IMG/VR virus record: IMGVR_UViG_3300032295_002982
Span: 20,266-84,265 of that record
Origin: a virus
Lineage: Duplodnaviria > Caudoviricetes
DNA length: 64,000 bases
Reading direction: 5' to 3' (one strand)
In this document: positions 46,101-52,854 of the stretch, one piece after another
Layout of the letters: each line of letters begins with the position of its first letter
How positions within the stretch are numbered: the first letter of the stretch is position 1
Program-made: the position numbers and the translations under genes
The notes under the pieces: generated by a model
The model's database searches: none
Told to the model about the DNA's origin: nothing
Seen by the model: the letters and a program-made list of their open reading frames with translations, nothing else

Positions 46101-48873
46101 ACAGTTTGCTGCCTGTGAAATTTGATGATTGATATTTGGCAGTGTCACCAAAACTAACACCTTCGCCATCGTATACATTGAACAGTGGTGCCTGCTGTAT
46201 TGCGGTTTTTTGTTGTGCCTCTATCCAATCTACCCCATCGTACCAGTATGTTTTGCCTTGAGTGGTATCGCCTTCAAGAATCACCGTGGATTGATCCAAC
46301 AACACATCGCCATCAGTGGCCAGTGTTAGATTGATAATGGGCTGCGCGATCAAGGGGGTTTGAGAATCAGGAATAACAAAACTCACAACATAAATTTTGT
46401 TGCGTACTTCACTGTCGTTGTCAGCAGCAAAAATTACACGAGTTCCCTCAACAAAAGTATAACCATCCACTGAATAACTTGTGGAACCTTCAATATTGCT
46501 GAACGCATCTGTTTCTTCAAAATCAATTATGTCTACAGGCTGTTTGCCCTGTGTGCCCATGTTCCACAGTCTAAGTCCTGGTCTAAACTGCAAAATAGGA
46601 CGTTTTGCGCGATAGGTATTATCAAGCACGGCCACTGTGTCATTGTAAGTGGCTGTGGCATTGATCACATCAATGTGGAACCATCTGTTGCTGCGTGTCC
46701 AGGCATTGAGATCTTTGCTGGCTCTGTCAATGGTTAGATAATCAAGATCTTCTGGCTCAATGGCCACGGTGGTTGTGTCAAAGTCTGTGGCATAGAGTTC
46801 GGGCACCACAAAATCAGTCACAGGCAATAATTCAATTGCTGTGCCAACACCGGCCACATAGTATTCTCTGTTGCTGATAGCCAACGCCGTGGCATTACCA
46901 GTGCCGTTTTGCAGCACTGTGGTTGCACCTCCGGGTTGAGAACTTACAGTGAACTTGATACCGCTGGCAGCGATAGATCTCACAAAATAATTTTGTCCTG
47001 CTACCAATCCACCCAGTGTTGGTGAATTAAACACAATGCGTTGACCCACGTACAGTTGATCAGTGTCATCAGTGGCTGTGATATAGTTGGTGCCGCTCTC
47101 AGTGGCTGTATAGTTGATCGTGGTGGTGTTGCTGCCAAAACTGGCAGGAGATACATCACCGGTAAATTTGACTTTCAATCCATTGGTGAACACAATGCCA
47201 TTGGGACTGGTATAAGTTTTTTGACCCAGTATTTCATCAATGAATATGGTGTTGATCTCGTTTTGTTCTACCAGGTTGATACGACCAAATATGTCAGGAT
47301 CAGTACCGTCTTGATAATACAAAACATCTTGTGCCGCTGACAGCAGAGGTATAGGTAAAATAAACCCTGTGGAATCCTTGTACCATTGAGTGTTTGAATA
47401 CTCTGCACCAAACTTGATTGACCATTTCTCCAAAGGTGCAATGTCAGTGATTTTTTGCAGAGTGATGTATTCTACATCATCGGTGGTAGTGTAGTTAATC
47501 TGCCAGATTTGATAACGATCTTCGGGGGGAACTGGCACCACTTCACTGAATGTGGTGGTATCAAAACTGCCAATGAGACCGTTGTTGGCAACACTTTCCA
47601 CCAGTGGGTCAAACAGCGAAACCACTTCCCAGCCGCCTGCTTCGGTTTCGGTTTCTGGGTTGGTAAACACCAAGGTTCTTTGATTGAGATCTGTGATACC
47701 ATCAATGCCGCCATAGGTGTCTATAAACTGTGCAACTGGTATGTTGTTGATCTGACGGAATTGCAGAGTTGTCAAAAGATCAACAGCAGGGATAGGAGTG
47801 AGATTGTAATAAAAACTTTGCCCGTCTTTGTAAGGCACGTTGAAGGTCACTACACCAAGATCTTCGCCATTGTTGAGCACGCCAAAAACATCTCGGCTGC
47901 TGATGTTGGGAGTTGATGGCACTGCTCCGCTGACTCCAGGTGCGGTTTGAATCCAAAATCCTGGTCCGGTGCCTGGTGTGCTGTCTACAATATTGAACTG
48001 ACCTTGCATGGCAGCTCGGTTGCCAGCAATGTAGTACAGTGTGTCTGGTGCGTCGCGTGGCACAGTAAATGTTACCAAACCAGTACTGGAACCATTTCTC
48101 AATACACCGTCGTTGTAGGCATCAACTGAACCAGTCACTGGTTGAGTCTTGATCCAGAATGGGAACACACCATTCACAGTGATGTTGAATACGTAGGTAT
48201 TGCCTCGTGCTAGAGTAAGACTGGGATTGCGTTGACCATCAATCACATAGGCAGTGTCAGTGCTGTTTTTGACACGAAAGTTAACAGTTTCTTTGTCGTT
48301 TTGCGCCACTGAAAAAGTGTAGTTGCCACCACGCACAAGATCAATTGTGGGATTTTCTCCGCTGACTCCAGCAAAGGTATAGACACCGTTGGCTCGAGTA
48401 ACTTCAAAATTGGCACTGATGGGGATACCAGTAGCACTTGCACTCACAGCATCCGGACCGTTTGGTAGCCAAAAATACTGACTGAAATTCACAAACGTGT
48501 CAAAATCTACAAACGGATCCCAGGTGTAGTATTCGCTTTGGTATAGTCGGTCAGGTCTAGTGCCTTGGCCACCCTGGAAAGTGATGGCATCATTGAGTCC
48601 AGGATAGGTTATGGCATCACGAATGATGTCTGTGTCTGGTTGTAGACTGATGACACCGGGTTCAAGTTGATAATTGGTACGAGTTTGATCAATTTCAACC
48701 ACATAACGGTCATTGGGGTTGACACCTGGACCAACACGACGACCAATAAAGCCTTGAGTGTTTTTGAATCTTGGTTCTTGAACCAACTGATCAAGTGTGG
48801 CCGCTAGAAATTGACGATTGGCGTCGGTTTGGAAAATCTCTGGAAGAAAATCTACAGTTTTTACAGTTGCCAT
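34141..48873 (-). CDS. Giant (4910 aa) virion structural/baseplate-associated protein
   Basis: Uninterrupted 14.7 kb ORF between the baseplate wedge and fibre genes; acidic and beta-rich, with FG-GAP-like repeats. Confidence 0.85.
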   Translation of the reverse strand: MATVKTVDFLPEIFQTDANRQFLAATLDQLVQEPRFKNTQGFIGRRVGPGVNPNDRYVVEIDQTRTNYQLEPGVISLQPDTDIIRDAITYPGLNDAITFQGGQGTRPDRLYQSEYYTWDPFVDFDTFVNFSQYFWLPNGPDAVSASATGIPISANFEVTRANGVYTFAGVSGENPTIDLVRGGNYTFSVAQNDKETVNFRVKNSTDTAYVIDGQRNPSLTLARGNTYVFNITVNGVFPFWIKTQPVTGSVDAYNDGVLRNGSSTGLVTFTVPRDAPDTLYYIAGNRAAMQGQFNIVDSTPGTGPGFWIQTAPGVSGAVPSTPNISSRDVFGVLNNGEDLGVVTFNVPYKDGQSFYYNLTPIPAVDLLTTLQFRQINNIPVAQFIDTYGGIDGITDLNQRTLVFTNPETETEAGGWEVVSLFDPLVESVANNGLIGSFDTTTFSEVVPVPPEDRYQIWQINYTTTDDVEYITLQKITDIAPLEKWSIKFGAEYSNTQWYKDSTGFILPIPLLSAAQDVLYYQDGTDPDIFGRINLVEQNEINTIFIDEILGQKTYTSPNGIVFTNGLKVKFTGDVSPASFGSNTTTINYTATESGTNYITATDDTDQLYVGQRIVFNSPTLGGLVAGQNYFVRSIAASGIKFTVSSQPGGATTVLQNGTGNATALAISNREYYVAGVGTAIELLPVTDFVVPELYATDFDTTTVAIEPEDLDYLTIDRASKDLNAWTRSNRWFHIDVINATATYNDTVAVLDNTYRAKRPILQFRPGLRLWNMGTQGKQPVDIIDFEETDAFSNIEGSTSYSVDGYTFVEGTRVIFAADNDSEVRNKIYVVSFVIPDSQTPLIAQPIINLTLATDGDVLLDQSTVILEGDTTQGKTYWYDGVDWIEAQQKTAIQQAPLFNVYDGEGVSFGDTAKYQSSNFTGSKLFSYAVSDTTLVDPVLQFPLEYLNIENVGDIVFENNLYVDSFVYVVDNASVTLDISSGAAREYATRTTFQKLIGWQNAIVDSQTYQQFRFNFNNQALVLDVAANNQVASAVPVIKIYVGAQFLPASQYSYTTTATTTEINLLQDYVPDEIIEVLVLSDQTSTTAFYQVPINLESNPLNANSPRFTLGTVRTHYQSICENLTTLTGPVNGANNTRDLGNLVPYGLVILQQSAPLTLAGYFMRSKEYNIFAALKYNSQEYLKYKAQLMDAVLRQNISFKTSGQILDDAIQEITLGKVDSQPFYWSDMLPSGIPNYSNSYEVGFTTQPVFDTVQVYNFESSNYLGLLIYLNSVLLTRGVDYTVATDGPRVTIDIPLVPGDVILINEYSHTYGSFVPNTPTKLGLYPAWQPGIVSIKTSNAIVSATLGHDGSTTPLYGDLRDQILLEFETRVYDNLKLDGNPVPLTVADVQPGQFRDTGFSYQETNNILGQDFLSYCGWNKLDFRTQQFDVNNTFTYNYSSAQNRLDNQPLLGGWRGIYRFTYDTQQPQYTPWEMLGFSIEPSWWEDRYGPAPYTSDNLVLWDDLEAGYVADPVLPYYLPAYARPGLTEIIPTGSEGELSPPNLSVMGFFNETQFQKSWAVGDGGPVEASWWNSSAYPFAVMRLLALTRTAKFFALFADRDRYRYNLDYQQYLYDNRYRLDANGIQVYGNGVSKASYINWIVDYNRVSGLNSTDALTADLTNLDVRLCYRMASFSDKQYIKIITEKSSPSSTNTALVIPDESYDLFVYKNQPFGQVVYSSVTIQRTGSGGYSVTGYSTLQPFFNVFQSRGGRLQTFALGVIEIQVPTLYSTTVTQIPYGTVFTTTSAVVDFLLSYGKYLESQGLTFTNVSNGYVLDWPRMGYEFLYWAQQGWSLEAILNLNPLADKLTVTKEKAVVDSIRTQTVETQLLDQNSQDFATRNLNIVRIDNTFTIQSLVEQIVTYAELNFTSFEHIIVLSNQSVFGDLIYDPTTGDRQSRLNLIAVNSVDWNGTVNAPGFILNQNNVEEWTGLRTYTKGEIVRYKNVFWSALTIVQPSTSFNFNDWVQSDYEQIQLGLLPNIANKADQLANSYNINSANIETDNDLLSYGLIGYRPRQYMAALNLDDVSQINVYRQFLGSKGTVLAAELFKGANFSKETADYDIYENWAVQRAVYGANANRSFVELRLNRGLLNSNPSIVKVTTPQETSEADQNIQLGAVWRQSYKLTSPAFLPVTTELPTDIGLPNAGYVSLDDADITIFDIEDNDEFAANLDNIEVGTSIWVAKINQYDWNIYRAQPVPGTIVHVCDNLDTTSRVVFSGQHDLSQGQKLIIKQFDTEVDGVYTVVSVLNLTTVNIEFQFLGDRTVADGDGIGFTLQTQRVAQASDVLNLPYANEIQPGARVWADDDGTGHWAVFEKQNPFSAITVLNPDPMTTFQNENYGHSVTQAQNRTALLVGAPFYTRSAVQHGGVYVYVKSDSDQYTPVTPLPNSVNAVLTLDVAGVQGYGNAVDFGNQTWAVAGASRSLGPASQADNGYAAVIYRDPGLGEPGIVPFAQWQLLTQPGTTPSTTPGAGEFGYSVTMSTDERWMYIGAPGISNVHAYGRVDWEHQFVIATGDGFTDTFYIADEIQIDQDTQIVVTLDGTVQFLTTDYTVDGTFENVTFVTAPAIGVDIRIQRINQQQLDYGIYYGVTQSATSGGGAGAVFTIERVRGQVGQPGADSGFVGVNGGGSGYAVSNTITIDATAFDGGVSGVNDITLTVTGVSGTGELQTFTIAYTPPALQTVFNLGTYFFTATNIDSFSVFYEEVLLRPNIDYSFNTGTLDLTFTTIPSAGSEIIVRAESYFRYVSSLQVAGLTPSDRMGSSVSTSTDGTQILCGSPDSTVYSAVEAGTVYVFDRNVQRFIVNADAVNPTFTVLGPAAVAPVGVTVNNERWINEADSVIGGVHTFSWDGSNGFTLNGPVNVGDEILIETNNFTLLDQLHQQTVAEFSNFGSAVDLCENNCSLYVGEPNSSVQIYKGGIVERSVNQSRLYGTITSLNPAPTLTNGHTLRVNNIDVPVQPDQSLAGLAAAINSTVPNVTATVSASTGLMTLTVTNNAAADPFNKVNVAPGSVGTAFDDIGFDTYVWVQNIVSPYPVEFANFGSSLSIDTGAENLVVGAPRGTLYLVQIFDDGTTIFDVGSTVFFSVLVQSGAVYTFDFLPSASPSVLNPGNFVFGQQLGDNEINEFDLFGYSVNYTSGVLTVGAPASDLGDSSSSEYGSVSVFVNPNNTPAWQIIKLEQPVVDVRLLNSVFLYDRITSATTEFLDFIDPLQGKILGAARQNIDYIGAVDPAAYNAGVLNNTGATWGASHVGEIWWDTATVRFIDPNQDSLIYASRRWSQVFPGSTISIYQWVKSDVAPANYAGEGTPRNVNNYSVNTRLSLSGLIETEYYFWVQGITVTATNLGKTLPASTVANYILEPKASGIAYLAALNSSTVSLYNCLDLIEAQDTILHIEYDRELTSDNVHVEYDLVPQDRADGFVSDQIYRKMQDSFCGVDTVGNLVPDPNLGPAERYGIQFRPRQSMFVDRFEALRNYLSRVNSVVKLYPIVENRTLNLLLSSEPIPSANSGLWNLEVANLEILGFQNIDAVPLGYRYLVESDSNNGGRWTIYQVQTSEIDPAVRLLVLYRVQNFVTPDYWQYIDWYLPGYNSSQQIVAEITNVSDLESLDLPVGSSVKLTANSQGKFEIYQLRDLGWTRVGLQDGTIEFKAELWDYELGRFGWDIEVFDAQYFDQEPVIETRKIIQGINQELFVDDLAIERNRLLILVFNFVLSEFGAPEWLVKTSLIDVDHRLRDLVPFQNYIRDNQEFVEQYIQEVKPYHVQIREFNLKYQGVDDFLGDLSDFDLPAYFNTSLEIPEFTSPILLPYAQSTAFNSALTLQSDTPANSTVWQTWPYSSWYQNYLLNLDEIEIVDGGDGYNEAPTIEIVGNAVIPATATCTVNSLGHVVSITITTKGVGYSATPEIVFVGGNGTGARAYAIMTGSAAGQNFSESSVPLTINTYFAPRIFRTTIRFDRNQYVPSVVPWSANGTYQNGQLVRYNNEVYEATSVDSSAVVGPDFDLANWTLVDAATYTYPGSNVATGLSGVDRTMGLYVPSVNQPGLELPLLIDGVDYPGVQVYGLGFLGDPALIDAEYRSEFTDTTLGLGFSSINVDGGEFIGPYEGHAPEELVNGSEFDTLDFRVITRPGSDWNFDGHGFQLRAIRYTYDPAVLATYSWAGLVENYFQILVANATTGLELYLGVDYTIDWVAQDITIEPSSFRVSVGDIINITVYELGGGSQLYRANYISDDINQAGGAQVIIPVNEAEIFEIAAFNDAIPIAGITYSPYIDSTAWTITGSYLQNDVVNNIVTSVTHYYRAIQDVPVGIDINNTLYWIEFAPTLLTLVEFNQVFPTGHSVALAVLGPTTPVQYSWSTPVVQQRVATQTNVDTKLIDLDNFAGGTNPVNMIVIQNGLRLQPAAGIEWIGDDSSVQFGLPQRSGYSQEIINSGNDVTVYVNGIPQIQTEAGPESGDYLVTPWGGSEVPGRQVQFFEPPPAGARVLIAVSTQADYVVFGNQLEIVAPINLGDEFQIITWNDTQQQNIVTQIFKGPVTTGITIDEPFDSTPFDSATANGTPGSYDYSIGIGLPTNDFILDPENSRGVIDPGRLWVTLDGERLFEGEDYSVENGQLILPTGAIGAAQVVVVTQFTNSVVPESMAFRIFQDMRGVQTTYRITAATTTTVAQACLQTDTEIFVTDASVLTEPNLENGIFGVVTIGGERIMYRIRDLATNSLSSLLRGTAGTGAADHAAGTAVYDLGRGNLLFPEYQDYIVSDSTLGDGSTALFYAPSIDIENIGDSSTVAAEAVEVYVGGVRQYAYSDTTAQSEYRWFVTDFNPVAVEFVIDQAAYPELRAPAAGVEVTILVRRGVTWYAPGDGTPSDGVALQDTNTLAARFLRGL
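39270..41760 (-). repeat. Seven FG-GAP-like repeats within the giant protein
   Basis: YGHSV..LLVGAP, YGNAV..AVAGAS, FGYSV..MYIGAP, MGSSV..ILCGSP, FGSAV..LYVGEP, FGSSL..LVVGAP, FGYSV..LTVGAP. Confidence 0.75.
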
Positions 48874-51800
48874 TAGATTACTCCACTACCTGGTGCTGTG
48901 CGTAGGTTAGTGCTGGTCAATGCTTCAATTACCTCAATGTTGTCAATTGTTGCTGCATTGACAAAAATTTCACTGGGTGTTGATCTAATTTCATATAGAT
49001 CGCCAAAAAACTTTTGAGTGTCAAGAGGAACCAACACCACTGAACTAATTATGCTGCCTAGTTCTCTATGGAGGTACGCTGCTAGTTCTGAAAAGAAAAA
49101 TGTGTCACCAAAGTTCCACTTGTCAATGCTGAAATAATCATTCATGGCTGCTACCACCGAACTCTTGATTTCGCTGGTGCTAGCTGTTGATCCCTGTGCT
49201 CTAATAACCTTGATAGTGGCACGCAATTCATTGGCTGCCTTGGCTCCAAACAAAGGTTTGAATATTACTGAGTTTAGAATGATGTTGTCACTCAACATCT
49301 TGTATTCTTGCAGGCCTTGATATTCAGTGCTTAATTCATCAATGGTGGGCACTGGTGGTTCAGGCACAGTGCCAGTGGTGTCTCGAATCCAGTTTTGATA
49401 GGCTGTGTAATAGGCCTGTGTGACCACATAGAGATCAATGATGTTGGTTGTACCTGGATCAATTCTTGCACTGAGTGGCGCATTGTGACGATACTGATAG
49501 TATAGTGCCTGCCTTCCGGTGCGAGCAATGTAACCAGACACCTCATTGAGAGTTCGCACTCCGGCTGCATTGATCAACAGTTCATAGAATGTGCCTTGCG
49601 AGTATGCATAGAACACTTGGCCTGGTGACCATTCAGTTTTAACCAGCTCCAATGCATCCAGCGTGGGATAGTCACTGTTGACCACACCTGGTTCTGTCAG
49701 CAAGTATCTCTGCAGATTGTCAAAGTCAATGGTTTGTTGTAGGAATATCAGTTTTTGATTGGCATTGACACTTGGTGCCACAATTTCGTCAAAGAAATCA
49801 GGGTTGTCAGGCACACCATCGTTGTCAACATCGCGGAATCCCACCAACACTTGAAAATCGTCTACATAGCCATCGCTTTCAACTGGCTGTCCTGTAATGG
49901 TGACAGGCACGTTGCCAGACAGAGTTTGGGTGCTGTCTGGCTTGGTGTTCACTGCTAGAATGTTCACAAAGTCCTTGATCACAGTGCCTGTGCGGCTGTC
50001 ATAGATCTGCTGGTCTTCGTAGAAGAAAAATCTGGTCTGTAACACCGATCCAAAGTTGTAGGCTAGTCCGCGGAATGTGATTGTGTAGCTTTGATTTTGC
50101 ACCACAAACTGCACCAGCCACGATGCATCTTGATTAGTGCCTGAAGTAGACCCTGCATTGGCAAGACTGAAGGGAGCGTCTTGATCAAGATTGGTACTGG
50201 TAATCAAATACCAGGTGTAAGGAGTGCCAGTGATTGTGCCATCGTTGTCATAGCCAATACCAAAGTTTCTAAACAGCAGAATCTGTTCAGCCATGGCAGT
50301 TTCAAGACTCAAGGGCAGATCAGTCACAAACAAGGGAATGATACTGTCAACGATGGCTCCAGTGGGCACAAAGTTGTTTAGAGTTATTGGACCAACACCG
50401 TTGGCTAGATTGCCAAGTCCGTTGTTGTCTCCAGTACCTGCCACGGCCTGGGGACTGGCCCAGATTGAATTTTTTTGATTTTCAGCTGTGGCAGTGCCTA
50501 TCTGAAGTTTGTTGTTTTCGTCAAAGTAATAGCCGGTTGGTGCCACAAACTTGATGAGACTGCCCACCACCACATACTTGAACACTGTGCTGGTTGTGGG
50601 GCCTACTGGAATGGGCGATCCATTGGGCCATTGCTGACTGAATGTGGCATTGCGGAAAAATCCCGTGGTTTCGTTGGCCAGTGTGGTGCTCTGCTGCCAA
50701 GTGAAGCCAGCAGTGGCACCGGTGTTGACTGACTGTCTTGGAAAGTTCGCATAATAAAACTGTTGCAAAGTGCTTTCTGCCAACTGTGGTTGTACCTGGT
50801 TGGTGATGGCATCTGCAATTTCATTGCGATTAACCCAACTGAAAAGAATTGTGGGTGTTACATCTTGGCGCCACAGAGCACCGTCACTGCCAAAGGTATT
50901 GGTTGAACTGTATTTGCCTGTGTTGTCCACAAGGTCAAGATAGCGACTGGTACCAATACTGGCTCTGTTCAAGGCCTTGCTCTTGAGAATTGAGCTGTAT
51001 TGAGTGTAGGGAAACAGATTGTAATCTTCACCGTTGACCATGCGGTCTTGAGTGTAGTATCGGGCCGGAGCTCGCTGTTTGATCTGTTCCAAGGGTTCAC
51101 GTGCCTGGCTGTTGCTCACAGGCTGAGTGATACCACAGGTAAATGTAATGGTTTCAAGATTGCCGCTGCGGCTGATGTAGCTGATAGACAACTGCACGTT
51201 CTGCATTTCTGCAGGATTTATGATGTACTGCAAACCGTTGCTGGCTCGCACATAGGTACGGAATGTGCCCACAGGTATTTCACTGAATACACCATCGCCA
51301 AATATCAAGGTGATTTGATCATTGGTGCGAGATGTTACAGAAAACAGCGGACGCAGACTGGTGCCTAATTGTTCGCCTGCGGCGGTGTAGATGTTTTCAC
51401 TGTATTCCCACTCCCGACTCACATTGCCCACGTTGTCAAGCTGAAACAACCAAAAATCTTTGTTGTTGATGCCTTCAATGTTGATGTTGACTGTGCGATT
51501 GCTGATGCGTTCTGCTAGATTGAAATCTTGATTCTGCAGCACGCCTTGCTTGAACATGAAAAAGTATCCGGTATTTGCGCTGGCAAATCCCAGACTGTCG
51601 TTTCTGAACAGAATGTTGAAAGGTTGATTGGCCTGGGGCGAAGGCTCATACAAAAAGTTTGCACCTTCGCTGGTGGATGTCACTGCTTCAAACGGCATCA
51701 CTACGCCGTCCACAGTGGCATTGTAGGGCACCACTGGCAAAAAGCCTGGCACAAGATTGATCCCGTACTCGTCGGTTCTAATACCTAGAATGTTCTGGCG

Positions 51801-52325
51801 ATTGGCTGGTCTGCCCACACGCTGAGTGTCAACCAAGGCTGCGTTGAGTATGGCAGTGAACTGTTCTTGCCAGTCAGGGTTTGTAGGGTCAGCCCAGTTC
51901 ACCGTGAAGTTGGCAAGGTTGATGCCTTGATAGTCAAACACGTTTTCTGTTGTAACAACAGAAAACACCTTGAGAAAGCCCTCGGCTGCAATATTTCTCT
52001 TGGCAGTGTAGCTCACAAGATTGGCCAATTTGACCACGCTGTCTCTACGCTCTGCGGTGTCAATGTAGTTTTCTCTGGTGTTGAGATCTGTTCTAAAAGC
52101 CAGAGCCTGACCCATGAAAGCAATGACGTCCAGCAGGGCAATGAATTCTGAACTTTCAATGTAGTCATTGAAAGTTTCTGGATAGTACAGACGGAGATAA
52201 TCTACAAAACTCTTGCGCAGAGTTTCAAAATCATAACTTTGGAAGTCTGCTTCGCGATAGGTTTGATAGATTTGTTTCCAATCTTCAACACCAAATATAG
52301 CAGTTTGTCGTGTGGTAATTGCCAT
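48873..52325 (-). CDS. Baseplate wedge protein (T4 gp6-like)
   Basis: YIESSEFIALLDVIAF, NYIDTAERRDSV..LA, IKQRAPARYYTQDRMVNGEDY. Confidence 0.8.
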   Translation of the reverse strand: MAITTRQTAIFGVEDWKQIYQTYREADFQSYDFETLRKSFVDYLRLYYPETFNDYIESSEFIALLDVIAFMGQALAFRTDLNTRENYIDTAERRDSVVKLANLVSYTAKRNIAAEGFLKVFSVVTTENVFDYQGINLANFTVNWADPTNPDWQEQFTAILNAALVDTQRVGRPANRQNILGIRTDEYGINLVPGFLPVVPYNATVDGVVMPFEAVTSTSEGANFLYEPSPQANQPFNILFRNDSLGFASANTGYFFMFKQGVLQNQDFNLAERISNRTVNINIEGINNKDFWLFQLDNVGNVSREWEYSENIYTAAGEQLGTSLRPLFSVTSRTNDQITLIFGDGVFSEIPVGTFRTYVRASNGLQYIINPAEMQNVQLSISYISRSGNLETITFTCGITQPVSNSQAREPLEQIKQRAPARYYTQDRMVNGEDYNLFPYTQYSSILKSKALNRASIGTSRYLDLVDNTGKYSSTNTFGSDGALWRQDVTPTILFSWVNRNEIADAITNQVQPQLAESTLQQFYYANFPRQSVNTGATAGFTWQQSTTLANETTGFFRNATFSQQWPNGSPIPVGPTTSTVFKYVVVGSLIKFVAPTGYYFDENNKLQIGTATAENQKNSIWASPQAVAGTGDNNGLGNLANGVGPITLNNFVPTGAIVDSIIPLFVTDLPLSLETAMAEQILLFRNFGIGYDNDGTITGTPYTWYLITSTNLDQDAPFSLANAGSTSGTNQDASWLVQFVVQNQSYTITFRGLAYNFGSVLQTRFFFYEDQQIYDSRTGTVIKDFVNILAVNTKPDSTQTLSGNVPVTITGQPVESDGYVDDFQVLVGFRDVDNDGVPDNPDFFDEIVAPSVNANQKLIFLQQTIDFDNLQRYLLTEPGVVNSDYPTLDALELVKTEWSPGQVFYAYSQGTFYELLINAAGVRTLNEVSGYIARTGRQALYYQYRHNAPLSARIDPGTTNIIDLYVVTQAYYTAYQNWIRDTTGTVPEPPVPTIDELSTEYQGLQEYKMLSDNIILNSVIFKPLFGAKAANELRATIKVIRAQGSTASTSEIKSSVVAAMNDYFSIDKWNFGDTFFFSELAAYLHRELGSIISSVVLVPLDTQKFFGDLYEIRSTPSEIFVNAATIDNIEVIEALTSTNLRTAPGSGVI

Positions 52326-52342
52326 TTTCTAGCCTCTTTTTT

Positions 52343-52371
52343 TATTTATCGACGGCGAAAACGGCGCAGTT
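52343..52371 (-). promoter_or_regulatory. Late promoter with upstream AACTGCGCCGTTT box
   Basis: AACTGCGCCGTTT-10 nt-TAAATA upstream of the wedge gene. Confidence 0.65.
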
Positions 52372-52747
52372 ATACGTAGGTGGCTGATCTGGATGTGAGA
52401 TCAAAAAATATTGCCAAGCGTTCTACATCTGTGTTGGGCACAATTTGCAGTTCAATCTGTATCAAGATGCCATTGTCTTGCGGGAATACCTGAGCGTCGC
52501 TGATATAGACTCTTGGGTCAGCACCGGCCACTCGCTGTATTTCGCGATTGATTTCCAGCTGTAGGTCTTCCACTTTGTTCTCAAACAAGAAATCCCAGAT
52601 CACAGTACCATAGCCCGGACGACCCGGTAGTGCCCCTTGGCGAATATTGAAGGCATTGATTAGGTCACGTTTGATCAGATCATCGCCGGTCAAGGTGAAT
52701 TTCTTGAACTGATTTATAGTGTTGAATCCGATATAGGTCTGTGCCAT
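52370..52747 (-). CDS. Baseplate wedge/sheath initiator (T4 gp25-like)
   Basis: LIKRDLINAFNIRQGALPGRPGYGTVIWDFLFE...DPRV. Confidence 0.85.
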   Translation of the reverse strand: MAQTYIGFNTINQFKKFTLTGDDLIKRDLINAFNIRQGALPGRPGYGTVIWDFLFENKVEDLQLEINREIQRVAGADPRVYISDAQVFPQDNGILIQIELQIVPNTDVERLAIFFDLTSRSATYV

Positions 52748-52854
52748 TGTGTGCTACCTCTTTGTACTTATTCTAATCAGGCTGTTTGGAGTCTAACAAT
52801 TCGCAAACATATTTTGTTAGCGGTTTGTCTTTTGACCAGTCTAGTAGCCATTTT

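Noticed and set aside
34141-48873. Intein or intron explaining the size of the 4910-aa ORF
   Set aside because: No intein block motifs or homing endonuclease signature were noticed, and the frame is uninterrupted. An HMM scan would be needed to exclude this fully.
52777-52851. 24-aa ORF MATRLVKRQTANKICLRIVRLQTA in the gap upstream of the gp25-like gene
   Set aside because: Very short, no clear RBS and no recognisable motif; cannot be supported without conservation data.
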